64,000 nucleotides of DNA from assembly GCA_030390025.1 (NCBI GenBank), contig JASTWF010000069.1, positions 992,001 through 1,056,000 of the forward strand, given 5' to 3'. Of this stretch, positions 24,331-35,009 are shown in pieces. Position numbers and translations under genes: made by a program. A model generated the notes under the pieces. It made no database searches. It was not told the origin of the DNA and worked only from the letters and a program-made list of their open reading frames with translations. How positions within the stretch are numbered: position 1 is the first letter of the stretch; every line of letters starts with the position of its first letter. This stretch comes from Squalus acanthias. Lineage: Eukaryota.

Positions 24331-27300
24331 GATTCATAGTCATAGAGTCATAACGGCACAGAAGGAGGCCATTAGGCCCATCGAGTCCATGCTGGCTCTC
24401 TGTAGAGCAATCCAGTCCATCCCATTCCCCCGCTCTATCCCCGTAGCCTTGCAAGTTTATTTCCCTCAATTGCCTATCCAGTCTCCCCTTGAAAACATTG
24501 AGTGTCTCCGCTTCCACCACTTCCGTCGGCAGCGAGTTCCAGGTCCTCACCACTCGCTGCATATAAAGGTCTTTCCCCTGTATCTCTTGCCCAAAATCTT
24601 AAATCTGTGTTCCCTAGTCCTTGTACCATCAACTAGTGGGAACAGCCTTTCCCCGTCTAGCCTATCCAAACCCGTCATAATCTTGTACACCTCTATCAAA
24701 TCACCCCTCAACCTATTTTGCTCTGATGAAAACAAATCCAGCTTCTCTAACCTGTCCTTGTAGCTAAGATCCCCCATCCCCAGAACCATTCTGGTAAATC
24801 TCCTCTGCACCCTCTCAAGTGCCTTCACATCCTTCCTAAAGTGTGGTGACCAGAACGGGATGCAATACTCCAGTTGTGGCCTAACCAGCGCTTTATAAAG
24901 GTTCAGCATAACTTCTCTAATTTTGTACTCAATACCTCTATTTCTGAAGCCCAAGATCCGATATGCTTTGCTAACCACTCCCTCAATATGTCCCGCCACC
25001 TTCAGGGACGTATGCACATTAACTCCCAGGTCCGTCTGTCCCTGCACACGCTTTAAAACTGTGCCATTAAGTGTATATTGCCAATCCCTGTTCCTTCTGC
25101 CAAAATGCATCACCTCACACTTCTCTGTATTAAATTCCATCTGCCACATGTCTGCCCATTCTGCGAGCCTTTCTATGTCCTGTTGCAGTCGATTGGTATC
25201 ATCCTCACTGTTTGCCACTCCCCCAAGTTCGGTGTGGTCGGCAAATTTAGAAATTCTACTCTGTATTCCAATATCTAGATCATTTATATATATATTTTAA
25301 AAAAAAGCAGTGGCCCCAGCACTGACCCTTGGGGAACACCACTGTCTACCATCCTCCAGTCTGAAAAACAGCCATTTACCACAACTCGCTGTTTTCTGTC
25401 CTTAAGCCAATTTCTTATCCAGCTATTCCATGAGTCTCAATTGTTAACCAGCCTTCTATGTGGTACTTTGACAAACACCTTCCGAATACCGATGTAGACA
25501 ACATCCATTGCATTCCCTTCATCAATCATCCTTGCTACTTCATCAAAAAATTCAATTAAATTAGTCAAACACGATCTGCCTTTTACAAATCCGTGCTGGC
25601 TCTCCTTAATTAGCTTAAACCTCTCCAAGTGCCTGTTAATTTTTTCCTTGATTATTTTTTCTAAAACTTTACCCACCACTGATGTTAAACTGATTGGCCT
25701 GTAGTTACTAGGATTGTCCTTACACCCTTTCTTGAACAATGGTTTCACATTTGCCATTTTCAAATCCTCAGGCACCTCCCCCGCATCTATGGAAGATTGG
25801 AAAATTATGGCAAGCCCTTCCGCTATCTCCTCCCCCAATTCCCTTAGCAACCTGGGAAGCAAGCCATCTGGACCAGGCGACTTATCCACTCTAAGCATAC
25901 CCAGTCTTTCTAGTACTTCCTGTCTATCAATTTTCACCCCTTCCATTGCTGCTACCTTTTCCACTTCTACCGATATTTTGTCAGCATCCACCTCCTTAGT
26001 AAACACCGATACAAAGTACTCATTGAGTATTCTAGCCTTGCCCTGCGCCTCTAAGCATATATCACCTTCTTTTTCTCTAATAGGCCCCACCCCGCCTCTT
26101 ATTACCCGCTTACTGTTTACATGCCGGTAGAAGATTTTTGCGTTCCCTATTATGTTAACCGCCATTCTACTCTCATACTCTCTCTTTGCCAATCTTATTT
26201 TCATCTTCACTTCCCCTCTCAACTTATTGTATTTGGTCTGGTACTCCCTTGAAGAATTCACCTGACATGCACCATACACCCTCTTTTTTTGGTTCATCAT
26301 CTTCTCTACCTCCCTCGTCATCCAAGGAGTCCTTGCTTTGGTTCCCTTACCCTTCCCTCTTGTTTGAATGTATCTGGCCTGTACTTGGAACATCTCCTCC
26401 TTAAAGATCACCCATTGTTCTGTTACATTTCTTCCTGTCAGTCTTTGGTTCCATTTTACCCTGGCTAGATCCTTTCGCATCCCATTGAAGTTAGCCCTAT
26501 TCCAGTTTAGAAGTTCCACTCTAGATTGTTCCTTGCTCCTCTCCATTGCTGATCTAAACCTTATGATACGATGATCACTCGTACCCAAGTGTTCTCCCAC
26601 AGACACTTGGTCGACCTGGCCCACCTCATTCCCCAGCACCAGATCCAGCAATGCCTCCTTCCTAGTTGGGCCAAGAACATACTGGTCAAGGAAATTTTCC
26701 TGAACACATTTCAGAAATTCCTCCCCTCCTTTCCCTTTACCCTAGCATTATCCCATTCGATATTTGGGTCATTAAAGTCCTCCAATATCACCACTCATAG
26801 CTTTTGCATATCTCTGCGATTTCCATGCAGATTTGCTCCTCTACCCCCCTCTCACTATTTGGAGGCCTATAGAATACCCACAATAGCGTGATCATACCCT
26901 TTTTGCTCCTCAACTCTAACCAAATGGATTCTGTCCTTGTCCCCTCAAGAACATCCTCCCTTTCCAACACTACAATGTCTTCCTTAATCAGCACTGCCAC
27001 CCCACCTCCCTTTTTTCCTTCCCTATCTTTTATGAACACCTTGTACCCTTGAATATTAAGTGCCCAGTCCTCACCGTTTTTAAGCCACGTTTCCATTATT
27101 GACATAACATCATATTGCCACACGGCTAATTGTGCTTGTCGCTCACCAACCTTATTCACCACACTTTGTGCGTTTACGTACATGCATTCTAAACTCATTT
27201 TTTGAATTTTTCGTAGTCTTTCTTAGTTTGCTCCTATCTAATATGGTACTACTTCCGCCTCTAGAAGTATTTCCTTCTCTAGTACTCTCCAACACACTCA

Positions 27301-27355
27301 CTCTTTTATGCACCTTATTCCTCTTTTCTACTCCTATATGCTGGTCAGAGGTTTT
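24331..27355 (-). mobile_element. CR1 LINE with degenerate ORF2 (APE + RT)
   Basis: ORFs 26788-27198 (endonuclease), 25437-26651 and 24547-25218; tail at about 24331-24350. Confidence 0.93.
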
Positions 27356-27590
27356 CATAAGATCAGAAGTGGGGATGTTCGCTGATGACTGCACAGTGTT
27401 CAGCACCATTCGCAACTCTTCAGATAATGAAGCAGTCTGTGCCTGAATGCAGCAAGACCTGGACGACATTCAGGCTTGGGCTGACAAGCGGCAAGTAAAA
27501 TTCGCGCCACACAATCGCTGTGTACCATCTACAAGATGCACTGCAGCAACTCGCCAAGACTTCTTCGACAGCACCTCCCAAACCCGCGAC

Positions 27591-29407
27591 AAACAGGGGG
27601 CTATAGGGGGAGAGGAGCTAAACACGATCAAAATCACTAAGGAAGTGGTACTCGGTAAAATAATGGGACTCAAGGCGGATAAATCACCTGGACCTGATGG
27701 CTTACATCCTAGAGTCTTGAAGGAAGTGGCGGTAGGGATTGTAGATGCATTGGTAATAATTTTTCAAAACTCCCTGGATTCCGCTAAGGTCCCGGCAGAC
27801 TGGAAAACTGCTAATGTAACACCCTTATTTAAAAAGGGCAGTAGACAGAATGCTGGTAACTATAGACCAGTTAGCCTAACATCTGTGGTAGGTAAAATTT
27901 TGGAGTCCATTATTAAGGAAACAGTAACAGGACATTTGGATAATCATAATTTAATAGGACAAAGTCAGCATGGTTTTACGAAGGGGAAGTCATGTTTGAC
28001 AAATTTGCTGGAGTTCTTTGAGGAAGTAACATATAGAGTGGATAAAGGGGAACCAGTAGACGTAGTGTATTTAGACTTCCAAAAGGCATTTGACAAGGTG
28101 CCACACAAAAGATTATTGCTTAAGGTAAAAAATCACGGTATTGGGGGTAATATTCTGGCATGGATAGAGGATTGGCTATCTAACAGAAAGCAAAGAGTTG
28201 GGATAAATGGTTCATTCTCAGACTGGCAATCAGTAACTAGTGGTGTTCCACAGGGGTCAGTGCTGGGTCCCCAACTCTTTACAATCTATATTAACGATTT
28301 GGAGGAAGGGACCAAGTGTAACATATCAAAATTTGCAGATGATACTAAGATGGGAGGGAAAGCAGTGAGTGAGGAGGACATAAAAAACCTGCAAGGGGAC
28401 ATAGACAGGCTAAGTAAGTGGGCAGAGATTTGGCAGATGGAATACAACACTGGAAAGTGTGAGGTGATGCACTTTGGCAGGAAAAATCCTAGAGCAATTT
28501 ATTATCTTACTGGCAAGAAACTGGAGAGTACTGAAGTGCAAAGGGATCTGGGGGTCCTGGTGCACGAAACTCAAAAGGTTAGTATGCAGGTGCAGCAAGT
28601 GATTAAGAAGGCAAATGGAATGTTGGCTTTCATTGCTAGGGGGATAGAATATAAAAATAGGGAGGTATTGCTTCAGTTGTACAAGGTATTGGTGAGACTG
28701 CACCTGGAATACTGCATACAATTTTGGTGTCCTTACTTAAGGAAAGACATCCTTGCTCTCGAGGCAGTGCAAAAAAGGTTCACTCGGTTAATCCCGGGGA
28801 TGAGGGGGTGGTCATATGAGGAGAGGTTGCGCAGATTGGGACTCTACTCATTGGAGTTCAGAAGAATGAGAGGAGATCTTATTGAAACATATAAGATTGT
28901 GAAGGGGTTGGATCGGGTGGATGCGGGGAGGATGTTCCCGATGACGGGTGAGACTAGAACTAGGGGACATAGTCTTAGAATAAGGGGCTGCTCTTTCAAA
29001 ACTGAGATGAGGAGGAACTACTTCACTCAGAGGGTGGTAGGTCCATGGAATATGCTGCCACAAAAAGCTGTAGAAGCTACATCATTAAATAAATTTAAAA
29101 CAGAAATAGACAGTTTCCTAGAAGTAAAGGGCATTAAGGGTTACAGGGAGCGGGCAGGAATTTGGACATGAGTCTAGGTTCGGATCGGTCATGGCCCTGT
29201 GGGTAGTGGAGCGGGCCCAGGGACCGTGTAGCCTGATTCTGCTCCTATTTCGTGTGTGCAATTCTGTTAGATGCAGGAGATGGTTCTGTGATAGTAGATA
29301 GTAGATTGGCGGTTAGGATCAGATCAGCCATGATCTTATTGAATGGCGGAGCAGGCTCGAGGGGCCGATTGGCCTACTCCTGCTCCTATTTCTTATGTTC
29401 TTATGTT
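27591..29407 (+). mobile_element. Young 5'-truncated CR1 LINE with an uninterrupted RT region
   Basis: ORF 27447-29171 is open through RT and the C-terminus; TTCTTATG tail repeats at about 29390-29407. Confidence 0.93.
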
Positions 29408-29744
29408 CTCTACCACCTAGAAGGACAAGGGCACCAGGTGCATGCGAACACCACCACCTTCTCAAGGGCAATTAGGGATGGACAATAAATGCTGGCCTTG
29501 CCAGCAACGCCCACATGACAGGAATGAATAATTAAAAGAATGCACTTCAAAAGTACTTCATTGGCTGTAAAGCACTGAGGGACTACATAAGCGTTACATA
29601 AAGGCAATTCTTCACATTCTATGAAATATCTATATGTGTAATATTTATAAGTGTAATATCTAAAGATGCAATATTAATTGACCTCCAGTTTCTCCCTATC
29701 TACTCTCTCAAAACCCCTCATTTTGAACGCCTCTATTAAATATC

Positions 29745-30030
29745 CTGTTAACCTTCTCTGCTCTAAGGAGAACCTCCCCAGCTTCTCCAGTCTCTCCACA
29801 TCACTGAAGTCCCTCATCCCTGGTACCATTCTGGACAATCTGCTCTTAACCTTCTCTGCTCCAAGGAGAACAACCCCAGCTTCTCTAGTCTCCCCACGTC
29901 ACTGAAGTCCCTCATCCCTGGTACCATTCTGGTCAATCTCCCCTTAACCTTCTCTGCTCTCAGGAGAACAACCCCAGCTTCTCCAGTCTCTCCACATCAC
30001 TGAAGTCTCTCATCCCTGGGACCATTCTGC
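29745..30030. repeat. Three tandem copies of a 98-bp CR1-derived unit
   Basis: TTAACCTTCTCTGCTC...CTGGTACCATTCTG at about 29748, 29846 and 29944. Confidence 0.85.
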
Positions 30031-30120
30031 AATGTTTGTGCAGTTCTGCCTGATGCAACAACCAGCTGTATTGTATCAGACAACAACAACCAGCTTGTAT
30101 TTAGAGAGATGTGGAAGTAC

Positions 30121-30414
30121 CTGCAGACTCATGTTCCACAGTGATGGTTATGGTCCACTCCACTGCTCCATGTCCATTCTCCGCCACACACTGATAGTCT
30201 CCAGCGACCCTGGGTGTAACGTGAGGAATCTCCAACCACAGCTCATTGTTGGAACTTGTTCTGTTCAGTGTGACACCATGATGTCGCCAGGTCAGGTTAG
30301 AAGCCGGGAAGCTCGCGACAGAGCAGAGTATCGCTGTAGAATTCCCTTCTTTTATATGGATCAATGAATTTTTAATCGCATCACGAGAAGTAATGGAGAG
30401 ATTCCGTGGGGCGT
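30121..30414 (-). CDS. Siglec-like gene B, membrane-proximal Ig exon
   Basis: CTTTAG|AC acceptor. YAPRNLSI...EGNSTAILCSVASFPASNLTW...AGDYQCVAENGHG...ITVEHESA. Donor GCAG|GTACTT keeps phase 1. Confidence 0.85.
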
Positions 30415-30549
30415 CTAAAGACAAATTAAGATCAGTTAACGTACATCGGCTGTGAAGCACTTTGAGAGACCCTGAGAATGTCAAAGGTGTGATATCAAAG
30501 CAAGTTCCTTCATCACAAAGCACGTAATCCAAGCAGACACTTTGGTGCA

Positions 30550-31133
30550 GCACTGAGGGAGCGCCACACTGTCGGAGGGGCATTACTGTGGGAGCGCCGC
30601 ACTGTCGATGGGGCAGTACTGAGGGAGCGCCGCACTGTCGGAGGGGCAGTACTGAGGGAGCGCTGCACTGTCGGAGGGGCAGTACTGAGGGAGCGCCGCA
30701 CTGTCGATGTGGCAGTACTGAGGGAGCGCCGCACTGTCGGAGGGGCAGTACTGAGGGAGCGCTGCACTGTCAGAGGGTCAGTACTGAGGGAGCACCGCAC
30801 TGTTGGAGGGGCAGTACTGAGGGAGCACTGCACTGTCAGATGGGCGGTTCTGTGGGAGCGCTGCTCTGTCGGAGGGGCATTACTGAGGGAGTGCCGCACT
30901 GTCGAAGGGGCATTAGTGAGGGAGCACTGTACTGTCGGAGGGGCAGTACTGAGGAAGCGCCGCACTGATGGAGGGGCAGTACACAGCGAGCACGGCGCTG
31001 TCGGAGGGGCAGTACTGAGGGAGCGCCGCACTGTCAGAGGGGCAGTACTGAGGGAGCGCCGCACTGTCTGAGAGGCAGTACTGAGGGAGCGCAGCACTGC
31101 TGGAGGGGCAGTACTGAGGGAGTGCCGCACTGT
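30550..31133 (-). repeat. 33-bp minisatellite (paralogous to 2079-2800)
   Basis: About 18 units in the same intron position as in gene A. Confidence 0.95.
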
Positions 31134-31157
31134 AGAATTAAGGATGTCCGTACTTAC

Positions 31158-31451
31158 ATTGCAAAGTGACTGCGAGGGTCTGCTCCGATGAAACAGATGG
31201 ATATCTGACTCTGCAGGTGAGAGTTTGTCCATGGTGTTTGAGTGATGGGATCAGGGACAGAACAGAAGTATATGTCAGAGTGACGCCATGCTGAGTTACA
31301 CTGTTTGAGACTGACCCGGGTACGTCAGTGTGATTGACCCAGGTTAAGACAGGTGCTGTTCCAGTGCACGTGGTGTTGAAGGTGCAGCTTACGTTCACAC
31401 GCTTTCCTGCAATCATTTCAGCAGGGAATATCCTGGGTTTATCTGTGAAAT
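31158..31451 (-). CDS. Siglec-like gene B, C2-set exon (proximal copy)
   Basis: Within ORF 31138-31458; phase 1-1; about 97% aa identity to the other two C2 exons. Confidence 0.92.
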
Positions 31452-32811
31452 CTAACACACAGAGAATGGATCCTTTTAGATAAATATAACGTGAGGCATC
31501 AGTTCAAATAGAAATCACAGTCCCGCAAGAGAAAGTACTTTTACACGGATAATACCAGAACTGAGAGATTACAACGATCAGGAAAGGCTGAACAGGCTGG
31601 GGCTCTTTTCTCTAGAAAAGAGAAGGCTGAGGGGTGACCTGATAAAGGTCGATAAAATTATGAAGGGTTTCGATAGGGTAGACGTAGAGACGATGTTTCC
31701 ACTTGTGGGGCAGACCAGAACTAGGGGCCGTCAATATAAGATATTCACTGATAAATCCAATTGGGAATTCAGGAGAAACTTCTTTACCCAGAGAGTGGTG
31801 AGAATGGGGAACTCGCTACCACAGGGAGTGGTTGAGGCGAAGAGCAGAGATGCATTTAAGGGGAAGCTGGATAAACACATGAGGGAGAAAGGAATAGAAG
31901 GATATGTTGATGGGGTGAGATGAAGAGGGGTGGGAGGAGGCTGATGTGGAGCATAAACACAGGGATGGACCAGTTGTGCTGAATGGCCTCTTTCTGTGCG
32001 TCAGACTCGATGTAACTTTGTGTGAATCTGTAAGAAGATATTGTTTCCTATTTCCAGTATTGGCAGAGTGTCTGTCACTGAGCTTAATACACTTTCTCTC
32101 CGAGACCCTTGAATTGACAATACTGGGTGGGGGTGGAGGACCTGGTCACAGCCCCAGGAACACTGGCTCTCCACTCGCTCAGAGATCTCCGCCAATGTTA
32201 AATTAAATCCTCTCCAGGGCAGGACAGAAACAAGTTGGAATTATCCCTCAACCAACATTTAAAAGAAAGACTTGCATTCCTACAGCGCATTTCATGACCT
32301 CAGGACATCCCAAAGCGCTTCACAGCCAATGAAGTACTTTTGAAGTGTTAAACCAGATGATCTGGTCATTATCACATTGCTGTTTGTGGGAGCTTGCTGT
32401 GCACAAATTGGCTGCCACGTTTCCTACATTACAACAGTGACCAGAATTCAAAAAAAGTGCTTCATTGGCTGTGAAGCGCTTTGGGAACTCCTGAGGTGGT
32501 GAAAGGTGCTGGAGAAATGTGAGTCTGTCTTTTGTCTGTATGTAAGACTTTTAAACACGATTAGAGAGATAGATGGGAGTCGATAACCTGATAACAATGA
32601 TGGACACAGTCAAGACATTCAATCATTGATAATAAAGTGAGTATTAGAGGTTGCTTTAGGACTGAACTGGAAGGTATCGCCAGGTTATTGATAATCAGAC
32701 GCTGTGTTATAATAAGCTGTGTTTTGTGTTAATGTGTAACCGCCACAGTTTATGTTATTTCCCACTGACTGTTGAGCGTGAATTGTGGAGTAATTATAAC
32801 CCAGCACTTAC

Positions 32812-33177
32812 CAGAAACATGAAGCTGTGTTACAGGGCAGTAGTATAACTGATCACTGTTGTTAAATTCTATTCTGAAATAATAAGGTCCTGCGTCTCGC
32901 TGTGTGATGTTGTTTATAATCAGGGAACAGTCACCATCTCTCAGGTCTCCAGACAGCCGGGTCCGATGGCGAAACTGTGGCGACTCATGATTGTGATCCT
33001 TGGAGTGAAAGGCTATAGGCGATGAACTCTGTTCGTCATAATTATACCAGATTCCAACTTGTGGTTGGTTTGCCAGACGCGATGGAAAAGTGTAATGACA
33101 TGGAATCTGTGCACACAAACCTTCCTGTGCTGTCACCTCTCGTGGAGTCTCGCCTTTCCACTCCTCTGACAATACAG
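32812..33177 (-). CDS. Siglec-like gene B, V-set exon (proximal copy, V2)
   Basis: Within ORF 32750-33196; intact AG/GT sites, 366 nt. GLCAQIPCHY, DCSL and GPYYFRIE (essential Arg) are present. Confidence 0.92.
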
Positions 33178-33794
33178 CTGGGGAGAGAAATATCAATATT
33201 TAGCACTGGATGGCTTGTCGCTCCACTGGACTCGATATCCACCCCCTCCGTCACTGGCGCACAGTGTCTGCAGTGTGGACCATCTACAGGACACACAAGG
33301 AACTCACCAAGGTTACATTGACAGCACCGCCCTCCCCTGCGAGCTCTACCACCCAGAAGGACAAGAGCTACTGAGACAACACAATCCAAGAATGAATATC
33401 AAACACTGCGCACCGTGTTCTGTGATTGGGGAGCATTATAGTGAACCCACATGTCGGACAGACTCATAGTCACCTTGCCCGTGGACATCGCACCCGCCTG
33501 TCCTCATGCCTTTTCCTCAGCACACAATGTTTCTGTATGTGAAGACAATTCTTGACCCAACAGATGGCTCCATCTACCCAACGGATGGAAGGGAATCCTC
33601 GGCACGGGAGTGGACAAGCTCATTCTATATTGGCTCACAGACCTCAGGACCCTGTTCAGTGAAGCAAGTCTTCCACCCAACACAATGCCTAAATGACGCA
33701 CCCATTGAGGTATATTGTGTGCTGACTTACAAGGCAGGAACAGTGGATTAGGATCCGTCAGAACTCACGCCACTATCTCCATCCTGAATCATTA

Positions 33795-35005
33795 GAGTCA
33801 TAGAGTCATACGGCACAGAAGGAGGCCATTCGGCCCATCGAGTCCGTGCCGGCTCTCTGTAGAGCAATCCAGTCAGTCCCATTCCCCCGCTCCAGCCCCG
33901 TAGCCCTGCCAGTTTATTTCCCTCAAGTGCCTATCCAGTCTCCCCTTGAAAACATTGAGTGTCTCCGCTTCCACCACTTCCGTCGGCAGCGAGTTCCAGG
34001 TCCTCACCACTCGCTGCGTAAAAACATTTTTCCTCACATTCCCTCTGTATCTCTTGCCCAAAACCTTAATCTGTGTCCCCTAGTCCTTGTACCATCAACT
34101 AGTGGGAACAGCCTTTCCCTGTCTAGCCTATCCAAACCCATCATAATCTTGTACACCTCTATCAAATCACCCCTCAACCTCCTTTGCTCTAATGAAAACA
34201 AATCCAGCTTCTCCAACCTGTCCTTGTAGCTAAGATCCCCCATCCCTGGAACCATTCTGGTAAATCTCCTCTGCAACCTCTCAAGGGCCTTCACATCCTT
34301 CCTAAAGTGTGGTGACCAGAACTGGACGCAATACTCCAGTTGTGGCCTAACCAGCGCTTTATAAAGGTTCAGCATAACTTCTCTACTTTTGTACTCAATG
34401 CCTCTATTTATGAAGCCCAAGATCCCATTTGCTTTGTTAACCACTCTCTCAAAATGTCCCGCCACCTTCAGGAACCTATGCACATTAACTCCCAGGTCCC
34501 TCTGTCCCTACACACTCTTTAAAACTGTGGCATTAAGTGTTCCTTCTGCCAAAATGCATCACCTCACACTACTCTGTATTAAATTCCATCTGCCACTTGT
34601 CTGCCCATTCTGCTAGCCTTTCTATGTCCTGTTGCAGTCGATTGGTATCATCGTCACTGTTTGCCACACCCCCAAGTTTGGTGTCAGCGGCAAATTTAGA
34701 AATTCTACTCTGTATTCCAATATCCAGGTCATTTATATATATCAAATAAAACAGTGGCCCCAGCACTGACCCTTGGGGAACACCACTGTCTACCATCCTC
34801 CAGTCTGAAAAACAGCCATTTACCACAACTCGCTGTTTTCTGTCCTGAAGCCAATTCCTTATCCAAGCTGCCACTGACCCACCTATTCCATGAGCCTCAA
34901 TTTTATTAACCAGCCTTCTATGTGGTACTTTGTCAAACGCCTTCCAAAAATTCATGTAGACAACATCCATTGCATTCCCTTCATCAATCCTCCGTGTTAC
35001 TCCTT
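33795..35005 (-). mobile_element. CR1 fragment of the leader-V intron, truncated by the satellite
   Basis: Paralogous to 43790-45010; RT motifs in ORFs 34034-34483 and 34569-35147. Confidence 0.9.
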
Positions 35006-35009
35006 TTGA

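Larger units (their letters stand above)
23830..29530 (+). mobile_element. Second-family CR1-like LINE interrupted by two nested CR1 insertions
   Basis: RT at 23830-24330 (NYRPISLL...PQGSVLGP...INDLPSII) resumes at 27357 (RSEVGMFADDCTVF) and again at about 29408. Confidence 0.8.

Noticed and set aside
32812-33177. Rearranging Ig/TCR/IgNAR V segments
   Set aside because: The exons include the G strand, end in GT donors, show no RSS, and lack the F-strand YYC cysteine; the pattern is Siglec.
33300-33389. Alternative leader exon for the proximal V (MDCVVSVALVLLGG, GTGAGT donor near 33305)
   Set aside because: The ORF starts at TTG, overlaps a LINE remnant, and the same sequence is intronic in the distal copy, which has a proper leader.
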